Positions 44,710 through 57,500 of a stretch of 64,000 nt of DNA are shown here, in pieces. Source of the DNA: Squalus acanthias (taxonomy: Eukaryota); NCBI GenBank assembly GCA_030390025.1, contig JASTWF010000088.1:744001-808000 (forward strand), in the 5' to 3' direction. Numbering within the stretch: position 1 is the first letter of the stretch; each line of letters begins with the position of its first letter. The notes below the pieces were generated by a model. It searched no databases. It was given only the letters and a program-made list of their open reading frames with translations, and was not told where the DNA came from. A program made the translations under genes and the position numbers.

Positions 44710-47700
44710 GTGGGATCGGGTGGCGTGAGTTGGGGATTGTGAGTTGGATCAGGTGGTGTGAGTTGGATCGGAGGGTGTGAGCGGGATCGGGTGGTGTGTG
44801 TGGGATCGGGTGGTGTGAGATGGATCGGGTGGTGTGAGTTGGATCGGGTGGTGTGAGTTGGATCGGGCGGTGTGAGCGGGATCGGGTGGTGTGAGCGGGA
44901 TCGGGTGGTGTGTGTGGGATCGGGTGGTGTGAGTTGGTTCGGGTGCTGTGAGTTGGATCGGGTGGTGTGAGTGGGATCGGGTGGTGTGAGTGGGATCGGG
45001 TGGTGTGAGTTGGATCGGGTGGTGTGAGTGGGATCGGGTGGTGTGTGTTGGATCGGGTGGTGTGAGTTGGATCAGGTGGTGTGAGTGGGATCGGGTGGTG
45101 TGAGAGCGATCGGGTGGTGTGAGTGGGATCGGGTGGTGTGAGTTGGATCGGGTGGTGTGAGTGGGATCGGGTGGTGTGAGTTGGATCGGGTGGTGTGAGT
45201 TGGATCGGGTGGTGTGAGTGGGATCGGGTGGTGTGAGTGGGATCGGGTGGTGTGAGCTGGATCGGGTGGTGTGAGTTGGATCGGGTGGTGTGTGCGGGAT
45301 CGGGTGGTGTGAGTGGGATCGGGTGGTGTGAGTGGGATCGGGTGGTGTGAGTGGGATCGGGTGGTGTGAGCTGGATCGGGTGGTGTGAGCTGGATCGGGT
45401 GGTGTGAGTTGGATCGGGTGGTGTGAGTGGGATCGGGTGGTGTGAGTGGGATCGGGTGGTGTGAGTTGGATCGGGTGGTGTGAGCGGGATCGGGTGGTGT
45501 GAGTTGGATCGGGTGGTGTGAGTTGGATCGGGTGGTGTGAGCAGGATCGGGCGGTGTGAGCGGGATCGGGCGGTGTGAGTGGGATCGGGCGGTGTGAGTT
45601 GGATCGGGCGGTGTGAGTTGGATCGGGCGGTGTGAGTTGGATCGGGTGGTGTGAGTTGGATCGGGTGGTGTGAGTGGGATCGGGTGGTGTGAGTTGGATC
45701 GGGTGGTGTGAGTTGGATCGGGTGGTCTGAGTTGGATCGGGTGGTGTGAGCGGGATCGGGTGGTGTGAGCTGGATCGGGTGGTGTGAGTGGGATCGGGTG
45801 GTGTGAGTTGGATCGGGTGGTGTGAGTTGGATCGGGTGGTGTGAGTGGGATCGGGTGGTGTGAGTGGGATCGGGTGGTGTGAACGGGATCGGGTGGTGTG
45901 AGCGGGATCGGGTGGTGTGAGCGGGATCGGGTGGTGTGAGTTGGATCGGGTGGTGTGAGTGGGATCGGGTGGTGTGAGAGGGATCGGGTGGTGTGAGCTG
46001 GATCGGGTGGTGTGAGTTGGATCGGGTGGTGTGAGGTGGATCGGGTGGTGTGAGTTGGATCGGGTGGTGTGAGTTGGAGCGGGTGGTGTGAGTTGGATCG
46101 GGTGGTGTGTGTTGGATCGGGTGGTGTGAGTTGGATCGGGTGGTGTGAGCTGGATCGGGTGGTGTGAGCTGGATCGGGTGGTGTGAGCGGGATCGGGTGG
46201 TGTGAGCGGGATCGGGTGCTGTGAGCGGGATCGGGTGCTGTGCGTTGGATCGGGTGGTGTGAGTTAAATCGGGTGGTGTGTGTTGGATCGGGTGGTGTGA
46301 GTTGGATCGGGTGGTGTGAGTTGGATCGGGTGGTGTGAGTTGGATCGGGTGGTGTGAGTTGGATCGGGTGGTGTTAGTTGGATCGGGTGGTGTGAGTGGG
46401 ATCGGGTGGTGTGAGTGGGATCGGGTGGTGTGAGTGGGATCGGGTGGTGTGAGTTGGATCGGGTGGTGTGAGTTGGATCGGGTGGTGTGAGTTGGATCGG
46501 GTGGTGTGAGTTGGATCGGGTGGTGTGAGTTGCATCGGGTGGTGTGAGTGGGATCGGGTGGTGTGAGTTGGATCGGGTGGTGTGAGTTGGATCGGGTGGT
46601 GTGAGCTGGATCGGGTGGTGTGAGTTGGATCGGGTGGTGTGAGTTGGATCGGGTGGTGTGAGCGGGATCGGGTGGTGTGAGTTGGATCGGGTGGTGTGAG
46701 TTGGATCGGGTGGTGTGAGTGGGATCGGGTGGGGTGAGTGGGATCGGGTGGTGTGAGTTGGATCGGGTGGTGTGAGTTGGATCGGGTGGTGTGAGTTGGA
46801 TCGGGTGGTGTGAGTTGGATCGGGTGGTGTGAGTGCGATCGGGTGGTTTGAGTTGGATCGGGTGGTGTGAGTTGGATCGGGTGGTGTGAGTTGGATCGGG
46901 TGGTGTGAGTGGGATCGGGTGGTGTGAGTTGGATCGGGTGGTGTGAGTGGGATCGGGTGGTGTGAGTTGGATCGGGTGGTGTGAGTTGGATCGGGTGGTG
47001 TGAGTTGGATCGGGTGATGTGAGTTGGATCGGGGTGGTGGTGAGCGGGATCGGGTGGTGTGAGTTGGATCGTGTGGTGTGAGTGGGATCGGGTGGTGTGA
47101 GTTGGATCGGGTGGTGTGAGCGGGATCGGGTGGTGTGAGTTGGATCGGGTGGTGTGAGTTGGATCGGGGTGAGTGTGAGTGGCGGATCGGGTGTGTGAGT
47201 GGGATCGGGTGGTGTGAGTTGGATCGGGTGGTGTGAGCTGGATCGGGTGGTGTGAGCGGGATCGGGTGGTGTGAGTGGGATCGGGTGGTGTGAGTGGGAT
47301 CGGTGGTGTGACGGGGATCGGGTGGTGTGAGCGGGATCGGGTGGTGTGAGCGGGATCGGGTGGTGTGAGCGGGATCGGGTGGTGTGAGCGGGATCGGGTG
47401 GTGTGAGCTGGATCGGTTGGTGTGAGCGTGATCGGGTGGTGTGAGCGGGATCGGGTGGTGTGAGCGGGATCGGGTGGTGTGAGTTGGATCGGGTGGTGTG
47501 AGTTGGATCGGGTGGTGTGAGTTGCATCGGGTGGTGTGAGTGGGATCGGGTGGTGTGAGTTGGATCGGGTGGTGTGAGTTGGATCGGGTGGTGTGAGCTG
47601 GATCGGGTGGTGTGAGTTGGATCGGGTGGTGTGAGTTGGATCGGGTGGTGTGAGCGGGATCGGGTGGTGTGAGTTGGATCGGGTGGTGTGAGTTGGATCG

Positions 47701-50700
47701 GGTGGTGTGAGTGGGATCGGGTGGGGTGAGTGGGATCGGGTGGTGTGAGTTGGATCGGGTGGTGTGAGTTGGATCGGGTGGTGTGAGTTGGATCGGGTGG
47801 TGTGAGTTGGATCGGGTGGTGTGAGTGCGATCGGGTGGTTTGAGTTGGATCGGGTGGTGTGAGTTGGATCGGGTGGTGTGAGTTGGATCGGGTGGTGTGA
47901 GTGGGATCGGGTGGTGTGAGTTGGATCGGGTGGTGTGAGTGGGATCGGGTGGTGTGAGTTGGATCGGGTGGTGTGAGTTGGATCGGGTGGTGTGAGTTGG
48001 ATCGGGTGATGTGAGTTGGATCGGGTGGTGTGAGCGGGATCGGGTGGTGTGAGTTGGATCGTGTGGTGTGAGTGGGATCGGGTGGTGTGAGTTGGATCGG
48101 GTGGTGTGAGCGGGATCGGGTGGTGTGAGTTGGATCGGGTGGTGTGAGTTGGATCGGGTGGTGTGAGTGGGATCGGGTGGTGTGAGTGGGATCGGGTGGT
48201 GTGAGTGGGATCGGGTGGTGTGAGTTGGATCGGGTGGTGTGAGCTGGATCGGGTGGTGTGAGTGGGATCGGGTGGTGTGAGTGGGATCGGTGGTGTGACG
48301 GGGATCGGGTGGTGTGAGCGGGATCGGGTGGTGTGAGCGGGATCGGGTGGTGTGAGCGGGATCGGGTGGTGTGAGCGGGATCGGGTGGTGTGAGCTGGAT
48401 CGGTTGGTGTGAGCGTGATCGGGTGGTGTGAGCGGGATCGGGTGGTGTGAGCGGGATCGGGTGGTGTGAGCTGGATCGGGTGGTGTGAGTTGGATCGGGT
48501 GGTGTGAGTTGGATCGGGTGGTGTGAGTTGGATCGGGTGGTGTGTGTTGGATCGGGTGGTGTGAGTTGGATCGGGTGGTGTGAGTGGGATCGGGTGGTGT
48601 GAGTGGGATCGGGTGGTGTGAGTGGGATCGGGTGGTGTGAGTTGGATCGGGTGGTGTGAGTTGCATCGGGTGGTGTGAGTTGGATCGGGTGGTGTGAGTT
48701 GGATCGGGTGGTGTGAGTGGGATCGGGTGGTTTGAGTTGGATCGGGTGATGTGAGTTGGATCGGGTGGTGTGAGTTGGATCGGGTGGTGTGAGTGGGATC
48801 GGGTGGTGTGAGTGGGATCGGGTGGTGTGAGTTGGATCGGGTGGTGTGAGTTGGATCGGGTGGTGTGAGTTGGATCGGGTGGTGTGAGTTGGATCGGGTG
48901 GTGTGAGTTGCATCGGGTGGTGTGAGTTGGATCGGGTGGTGTGAGCGGGATCGGGTGGTGTGAGTGGGATCGGGTGGTGTGAGCGGGATCGGGTGGTGTG
49001 AGTTGGATCGGGTGGTGTGAGCGGGATCGGGTGGTGTGAGCGGGATCGGGTGGTGTGAGCGGGATCGGGTGGTGTGAGCGGGATCGGGTGGTGTGAGTTG
49101 GATCGGGTGGTGTGAGCGGGATCGGGTGGTGTGAGCTGGATCGGGTGGTGTGAGCGGGATCGGGTGGTGTGAGTGGGATCGGGTGGTGTGAGGGGGATCG
49201 GGTGGTGTGAGCGGAATCGGGTGGTGTGAGTTGGATCGGGTGGTGTGTGAGTGGGATCGGGTGGTGTGAGTTGGATCGGGTGGTGTGAGTGGGATCGGGT
49301 GGTGTGAGGGGGATCGGGTGGTGTGAGCGGAATCGGATGTGGTGAGCGGGATCGGGTGGTGTGAGCTGGATCGGATGGTGTGAGTTGGATCGGGTGGTGT
49401 GTGTTGGATCGGGTGGTGTCAGTGGGATCGGGTGGTGTCAGTGGGATCGGGTGGTGTGAGTGGGACGGGTGGGTGAGTTGGATCGGGTGGTGTGAGTGGG
49501 AATGGGTGGTGTGAGTTGGTTCGGGTGGTGTGAGGTGGATCGGGTGGTGTGAGCGGGTGGGTGGTGTGGAGTGGGATGGGTGGTGTGAGTGGGATCGGCT
49601 GGTGTGACGGGGATCGGGTGTGTGAGGCGGGATCGGGTGGTTGTGAGCGGGATCGGGGGATGTGAGTTGGATGGGTTGGTGTGAGTTGTCGGGTGGTGTG
49701 GTTGGATCGGTGCCTGTGAGCGGATCGGGTGGTGTGAAAGCTGGATCGGGTGGTGTGAGCGGGATAGGGTGGTGTGAGCGGGATCGGGTGGTGTGAGTGG
49801 TATCGGTGGTTGACGGGATCGGGTGGTTGAGCGGGATCGGGTGGTGTGAGCGGGATGGGTTGGTGTGAGCGGGATCGGGTGGTGTGAGCGTGATGGGTGG
49901 TGTGAGCGTGATCGGGTGGTGGGAGCGGGATGTGTGGTGTTAGCGGGATCGGGTGGTGTGAGCGGGATCGGGTGGTGTGAGCTGGATCGGGTGGTGTGAG
50001 CGGGATCGGGTGGTGTGAGCTGGATCGGGTGGTGTGAGTTGGATCGGGTGGTGTGTGTTGGATCGGGTGGTGTGAGTTGGATCGGGTGGTGTGAGCTGGA
50101 TCGGGTGGTGTATGCGGGATCGGGTGGTGTGAGTTGGATCGGGTGGTGTGAGTTGGATCGGGTGGTGTGAGCTGGATCGGGTGGTGTGAGCGGGATCGGG
50201 TGGTAGTGAGTTGGATCGCGGTGGTGTGTGTTGGATCGGCGGTGGTGTGAGTTGGATCGGGTGGTGCTGAAGTGGGATCGGGTGGTGTGAGTGGGATCGA
50301 GGTGGTGTGAGTTGGAATCGGGTGGTGTGAGTTGCATCGGAGGTGGTGTGAGTTGGATCGGGTGGTGTGAGTTGATCGGGTGGTGTGAGTGGGATCGGGT
50401 GGTTGAGTGGATCGGAGTGGTGTGAGTGGAATCGGGGTGGTGTGAGTTGGACGGGTGGTGTGAGTTGGATCGGGTGGTGTGAGGCGGATCGGGTGTGTGA
50501 GTGGAATCGGGTGGTGTGAGTGGGATCGGGTGGTGTGAGTGGGATCGGGTGGTGTGAGTGGGATCGGGTGGTGTGAGATGGATCGGGTGGTGTGAGTGGA
50601 TCGGGTGGTGTGAGTTGGATCGGGTGGTGTGAGTGGGATCGGGTGGTGTGAGTTGGATCGGGTGGTGTGAGTGGGATCGGGTGGTGTGAGTGGATCGGGT

Positions 50701-53700
50701 GGAGTGAGTTGGATCGGGTGGTGTGAGTGGATCGGGTGGTGTGAGTGGATCGGGTGGTGTGAGTGATCGGGTGGTGTGAGTTGGATCGGGTGGTGTGAGT
50801 TGGATCGGGTGGTGTGAGTTGGATCGGGTGGTGTGAGTTGGATCGGGTGGTGTGAGTTGGATCGAGGTTGAGCTGTGAGTTGGATGGGTGGTGTGAGCTG
50901 GATCGGGTGGTGTGATTTTGGATCGGGTGGTGTGAGTTGGATCGGGTGGTGTGAGCTGGATCGGGTGGTGTGAGTGGGATCGGGTGGTGTGATCGGGATC
51001 GGGTGGTGTGAGGGGGATCGGGTGGTGTGAGTTGGATCGGGTGGTGTGATCTGGATCGGGTGGTGTGAGGGGGATCGGGTGGTGTGAGTTGGATCGGGTG
51101 GTGTGAGCGGGATCGGGTGGTGTGAGCGGGATCGGGTGATGTGAGTTGGATCGGGTAGTGTGAGCGGCATCGGGTGGTGTGAGCGGGATCGGGTGGTGTG
51201 AGTGGGATCGTGTGGTGTGATCTGGATCGGGTGGTGTGAGGGGGATCGGGTGGTGTGAGCGGGATCGGGTGGTGTGAGTTGGATCGGGTGGTGTGAGTTG
51301 GATCGGGTGATGTGAGTTGGATCGGGTGGTGTGAGCGGCATCGGGTGGTGTGAGCGGGATCGGGTGGTGTGAGTGGGATCGTGTGGTGTGATCTGGATCG
51401 GGTGGTGTGAGGGGGATCGGGTGGTGTGAGTGGGATCGGGTGGTGTGAGTTGGATCGGGTGGTGTGAGTTGGATCGGGTGGTGTGAGCGGGATCGGGTGG
51501 TGTGAGTTGGATCGGGTGGTGTGAGTTGGATCGGGTGGTGTGAGTTGGATCGGGTGGTGTGAGTTGGATCGGGTGGTGTGAGTTGGATCGGGTGGTGTGA
51601 GCGGGATCGGGTAGTGTGAGTTGGATCGGGTGGTGTGAATTGGATCGGGTGGTGTGAGTGGGATCGGGTGGTGTGAGTTGGATCGGGTGGTGTGAGTTGG
51701 ATCGGGTGGTGTGAGTTGGATCGGGTGGTGTGAGCGGGATCGGGTGTTGTGAGTTGGATCGGGTGGTGTGAGTTGGATCGGGTGGTGGGAGTGGGGCGGG
51801 TGGTGCGAGTTGGATCGGGTGGTGTGAGTTGGATCGGGTGGTGTGAGTTGGATCGGGTGGTGTGAGTTGGATCGCGTGGTGTGAGTGGGATCGGGTGGTG
51901 TGAGTTGGATCGGGTGGTGTGAGTTGGATCGGGTGGTGTGAGTTGGATCGGGTGGTGTGAGTTGGATCGGGTGGTGTGAGTTGGATCGGGTGGTGTGAGT
52001 GGGATCGGGTGGTGTGAGTGGGATCGGGTGGTGTGAGTTGGATCGGGTGGTGTGAGTTGGATCGGGTGGTGTGAGCGGGATCGGGTGGTGTGAGCGGGAT
52101 CGGGTGGTGTGAGTTGGATCGGGTGGTGTGAGCGGGATCGGGTGGTGTGAGCGGGATCGGGTGATGTGAGTTGGATCGGGTGGTGTGAGCGGCATCGGGT
52201 GGTGTGAGCGGGATCGGGTGGTGTGAGTGGGATCGTGTGGTGTGATCTGGATCGGGTGGTGTGAGGGGGATCGGGTGGTGTGAGTGGGATCGGGTGGTGT
52301 GAGTTGGATTGGGTGGTGTGAGTTGGATCGGGTGATGTGAGCGGGATCGGGTGGTGTGAGTTGGATCGGGTGGTGTGAGTTGGATCGGGTGGTGTGAGTT
52401 GGATCGGGTGGTGTGAGTTGGATCGGGTGGTGTGAGCGGGATCGGGTAGTGTGAGTTGGATCGGGTGGTGTGAATTGGATCGGGTGGTGTGAGTGGGATC
52501 GGGTGGTGTGATTTGGATCGGGTGGTGTGAGTTGGATCGGGTGGTGTGAGCGGGATCGGGTGTTGTGAGTTGGATCGGGTGGTGTGAGTGGGGCGGGTGG
52601 TGCGAGTTGGATCGGGTGGTGTGAGTTGGATCGGGTGGTGTGAGTTGGATCGGGTGGTGTGAGTTGAATCGCGTGGTGTGAGTTGGATCTGGGTAGGTGT
52701 TGAGTGGATGGGTGGTGGTGGGTGAGGTGTGGCTGTCGGGTGGTGTGAGTTGGATCGGGGGGAGTGAGTTGGATCGGTGGTGGTGTGAGTTGGATCGGGT
52801 GGTGTGAGTGGGATCGGGTGGAGAGAGTGGGATCGGAGGTGTGAGTGGGATCGGGTAGTGTGAGTTGGATCGTGGTGTGAGTTGGATCGGGGTGGTGTGA
52901 GGTTGGATCGGTGGTGTGAGTTGGATCGGGTGGTTTGAGCGGGATCGGGTGGTGTGAGCGGATCGGGTGGTGTGAGTGGGGATCGGGTGGTGTGAAGTGG
53001 GATCGGGTGGTGTGAGTTGGATCGGGTGGTGTGAGGTGGATCGGGTGGGGTGAGTTGGATCGGGTGGTGTGAGTGGGATCGGGTGGTGTGAGTGGGATCG
53101 GGTGGTGTGAGTGGGATCGGGTGGTGTGAGTGGCATCGGGTGGTGTGAGCTGGATCGGGGGGTGTGAGCTGGATCGGGTGGTGTGAGCTGGATCGGGTGG
53201 TGTGAGCTGCATCGGGTGGTGTGATTTGGATCGGGTGGTGTGAGTTGGATCGGGTGGTGTGAGTGGCATCGGGTGGTGTGAGTTGGATCGGGTGGTGTGA
53301 GCTGGATCGGGGGGTGTGAGCTGGATCGGGTGGTGTGAGCTGGATCGGGTGGTGTGAGCTGCATCGGGTGGTGTGATTTGGATCGGGTGATGTGAGTTGG
53401 ATCGGGTGGTGTGAGCGGCATCGGGTGGTGTGAGCGGGATCGGGTGGTGTGAGTGGGATCGTGTGGTGTGATCTGGATCGGGTGGTGTGAGGGGGATCGG
53501 GCGGTGTGAGCGGGATCGGGTGGTGTGAGCGGGATCGGGTGGTGTGTGTGGGATCGGGTGGTGTGAGTTGGATCGGGTGGTGTGAGTTGGATCGGGTGGT
53601 GTGAGTTGGATCGGGTGGTGTGAGTGGGATCGGGTGGTGTGAGTTGGATCGGGTGGTGTGAGTTGGATCGGGTGGTGTGAGTTGGATCGGGTGGTGTGAG

Positions 53701-54023
53701 TTGGATCGGGTGGTGTGAGTTGGATCGGGTGGTGTGAGTGGGATCGGGTGGTGTGTGTTGGATCGGGTGGTGTGAGTCTGGATCGGGTGGTGTGAGTTGG
53801 ATCGGGTGGTGTGAGAGGGATCGGGTGGTGTGAGTGGATCGGGTGGTGTGAGTTGGATCGGGTGGTGTGAGCTGGATCGGGGTGGTGTGAGCGGGATCGG
53901 GTGGTGTGAGTTGGATCGGGTGGTGTGAGTGGGATCGGGTGGTGTGAGTGGATCGGGTGGTGTGAGGGGATCGGGTGGTGTGAGCTTGGATCGGGTGGTG
54001 TGAGTTGGATCGGGTGGTGTGAG
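44710..54023 (+). repeat. 19-bp satellite GGGTGGTGTGAG(TT/TG/CG/CT)GGATC
   Basis: About 490 tandem units running up to the assembly gap. Confidence 0.98.
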
Positions 54024-54523
54024 NNNNNNNNNNNNNNNNNNNNNNNNNNNNNNNNNNNNNNNNNNNNNNNNNNNNNNNNNNNNNNNNNNNNNNNNNNNNN
54101 NNNNNNNNNNNNNNNNNNNNNNNNNNNNNNNNNNNNNNNNNNNNNNNNNNNNNNNNNNNNNNNNNNNNNNNNNNNNNNNNNNNNNNNNNNNNNNNNNNNN
54201 NNNNNNNNNNNNNNNNNNNNNNNNNNNNNNNNNNNNNNNNNNNNNNNNNNNNNNNNNNNNNNNNNNNNNNNNNNNNNNNNNNNNNNNNNNNNNNNNNNNN
54301 NNNNNNNNNNNNNNNNNNNNNNNNNNNNNNNNNNNNNNNNNNNNNNNNNNNNNNNNNNNNNNNNNNNNNNNNNNNNNNNNNNNNNNNNNNNNNNNNNNNN
54401 NNNNNNNNNNNNNNNNNNNNNNNNNNNNNNNNNNNNNNNNNNNNNNNNNNNNNNNNNNNNNNNNNNNNNNNNNNNNNNNNNNNNNNNNNNNNNNNNNNNN
54501 NNNNNNNNNNNNNNNNNNNNNNN
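54024..54523. other. Assembly gap (500 N)
   Basis: Round-number N run between two different satellites; true distance and adjacency unknown. Confidence 0.99.
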
Positions 54524-57500
54524 CCATAATATCCACACTGATGTTCAGCTCTGAATATCCAGTGAGTGAGGGAGCAGGGTTTGTGCAGAGTGCATCCCAT
54601 AATATCCACACTGATGTTCAGCTCTGAATATCCAGTGAGTGAGGGAGCAGGGTTTGTGCAGAGTGCATCCCATAATATCCACACTGATGTTCAGCTCTGA
54701 ATATCCAGTGAGTGAGGGAGCAGGGTTTGTGCAGAGTGCATCCCATAATATCCACACTGATGTCAGCTCTGAATATCCAGTGAGTGAGGGAGCAGGGTTT
54801 GTGCAGAGTGCATCCCATAATATCCACACTGATGTTCAGCTCTGAATATCCAGTGAGTGAGGGAGCAGGGTTTGTGCAGAGTGTATCCCATAATATCCAC
54901 ACTGATGTTCAGCTCTGAATATCCAGTGAGAAGGAGCAGGGTTTGTACAGAGTGCATCCCATAATATCCACACTGATGTTCAGCTCTGAATATCCAGTGA
55001 GTGAGGGAGCAGGGTTTGTGCAGAGTGTATCCCATAATATCCACACTGATGTTCAGCTCTGAATATCCAGTGAGAAGGAGCAGGGTTTGTACAGAGTGCA
55101 TCCCATAATATCCACACTGATGTTCAGCTCTGAATATCCAGTGAGTGAGGGAGCAGGGTTTCTGCAGAGTGTATCCCATAATATCCACACTGATGTTCAG
55201 CTCTGAATATCCAGTGAGTGAGGGAGCAGGGTTTCTGCAGAGTGTATCCCATAATATCCACACTGATCTTCAGCTCTGAATATCCAGTGAGTGAGGGAGC
55301 AGGGTTTGTGCAGAGTGCATCCCATAATATCCACACTGATGTTCAGCTCTGAATATCCAGTGAGTGAGGGAGCCGGCTTTGTGCAGAGTGTATCCCATAA
55401 TATCCACAGTGATGTTCAGCTCTGAATATCCAGTGAGTGAGGGAGCCGGCTTTGTGCAGAGTGTATCCCATAATATCCACATTGATGTTCAGCTCTGAAT
55501 ATCCAGTGAGAAGGAGCAGGGTTTGTGCAGAGTGCATCCCATAATATCCACACTGATGTTCAGCTCTGAATATCCAGTGAGTGAGGGAGCAGGGTTTGTG
55601 CAGAGTGTATCCCATAATATCCACACTGATCAGCTCTGAATATCCAGTGAGTGAGGGAGCAGGGTTTGTGCAGAGTGTATCCCATAATATCCACACTGAT
55701 GTTCAGCTCTGAATATCCAGTGAGGAGGAGCAGGGTTTGTGCAGAGTGTATCCCATAATATCCACACTGATGTTCAGCTCTGAATATCCAGTGAGTGAGG
55801 GAGCAGGGTTTGTGCAGAGTGTATCCCATAATATCCACACTGATGTTCAGCTCTGAATATCCAGTGAGTGAGGGAGCAGGGTTTGTGCAGAGTGTATCCC
55901 ATAATATCCACACTGATGTTCAGCTCTGAATATCCAGTGAGTGAGGGAGCAGGGTTTGTGCAGAGTGCATCCCATAATATCCACACTGATGTTCAGCTCT
56001 GAATATCCAGTGAGAGAGGGAGCAGGGTTTGTGCAGAGTGCATCCCATAATATCCACACTGATGTTCAGCTCTGAATATCCAGTGAGCGAGGGAGCAGGG
56101 TTTGTGCAGAGTGCATCCCATAATATCCACACTGATGTTCAGCTCTGAATATCCAGTGAGTGAGGGAGCAGCGTTTGTGCAGAGTGCATCCCATAATATC
56201 CACACTGATGTTCAGCTCTGAATATCCAGTGAGTGAGGGAGCAGGTTTGTGCAGAGTGTATCCCATAATATCCACACTGATGTTCAGCTCTGAATATCCA
56301 GTGAGTGAGGGAGCAGGGTTTGTGCAGAGTGCATCCCATAATATCCACACTGATGTTCAGCTCTGAATATCCAGTGAGTGAGGGAGCAGGGTTTGTACAG
56401 AGTGTATCCCATAATATCCACACTGATGTTCAGCTCTGAATATCCAGTGAGTGAGGGAGCAGGGTTTGTGCAGAGTGCATCCCATAATATCCACACTGAT
56501 GTTCAGCTCTGAATATCCAGTGAGTGAGGGAGCAGGGTTTGTACAGAGTGCATCCCATAATATCCACACTGATGTTCAGCTCTGATTATCCAGTGAGTGA
56601 GGGAGCAGGGTTTGTGCAGAGTGCATCCCATAATATCCACACTGATGTTCAGCTCTGAATATCCAGTGAGAAGGAGCAGGGTTTGTACAGAGTGCATCCC
56701 ATAATATTCACACTGATGTTCAGCTCTGAATATCCAGTGAGTGAGGGAGCAGGGTTTGTGCAGAGTGTATCCCATAATATCCACACTGATGATCAGCTCT
56801 GAATATCCAGTGAGTGAGGGAGCAGGGTTTGTACAGAGTGCATCCCATAATATCCACACTGATGTTCAGCTCTGAATATCCAGTGAGTGAGGGAGCAGGG
56901 TTTGTGCAGAGTGTATCCCATAATATCCACACTGATGGTCAGCTCTGAATATCCAGTGAGTGAGGGAGCAGGGTTTGTACAGAGTGCATCCCATAATATC
57001 CACACTGATGTTCAGCTCTGAATATCCAGTGAGTGAGGGAGCAGGGTTTGTGCAGAGTGCATCCCATAATATCCACACTGATGTTCAGCTCTGAATTTCC
57101 AGTGAGTGAGGGAGCAGGGTTTGTGCAGAGTGTATCCCATAATATCCACACTGATGTTCAGCTCTGAATATCCAGTGAGTGAGGGAGCAGGGTTTGTGCA
57201 GAGTGTATCCCATAATATCCACACTGATCAGCTCTGAATATCCAGTGAGCGAGGGAGCAGGGTTTGTGCAGACGGTATCCCATAATATCCACACTGATGT
57301 TCAGCTCTGAATATCCAGTGAGTGAAGGAGCAGGGTTTGTGCAGAGTGCATCCCATAATATTCACACTGATGTTCAGCTGTGAATATCCAGTGAGTGAGG
57401 GAGCAGGGTTTGCACAGAGTGCATCCCATAATATCCACACTGATGTTCAGCTCTGAATATCCAGTGAGTGAGGGAGCAGGGTTTGTGCAGAGTGTATCCC

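Noticed and set aside
49400-53000. Patches of indel-rich 19-bp units (about 49400-50800 and 52680-53000)
   Set aside because: Scattered single-base indels near a contig end look like low-coverage read error, not biology.
44066-54684. 800-1750-aa ORFs across the 19-bp satellite and gap
   Set aside because: Stop-free repeat strand, with some ORFs running through Ns.
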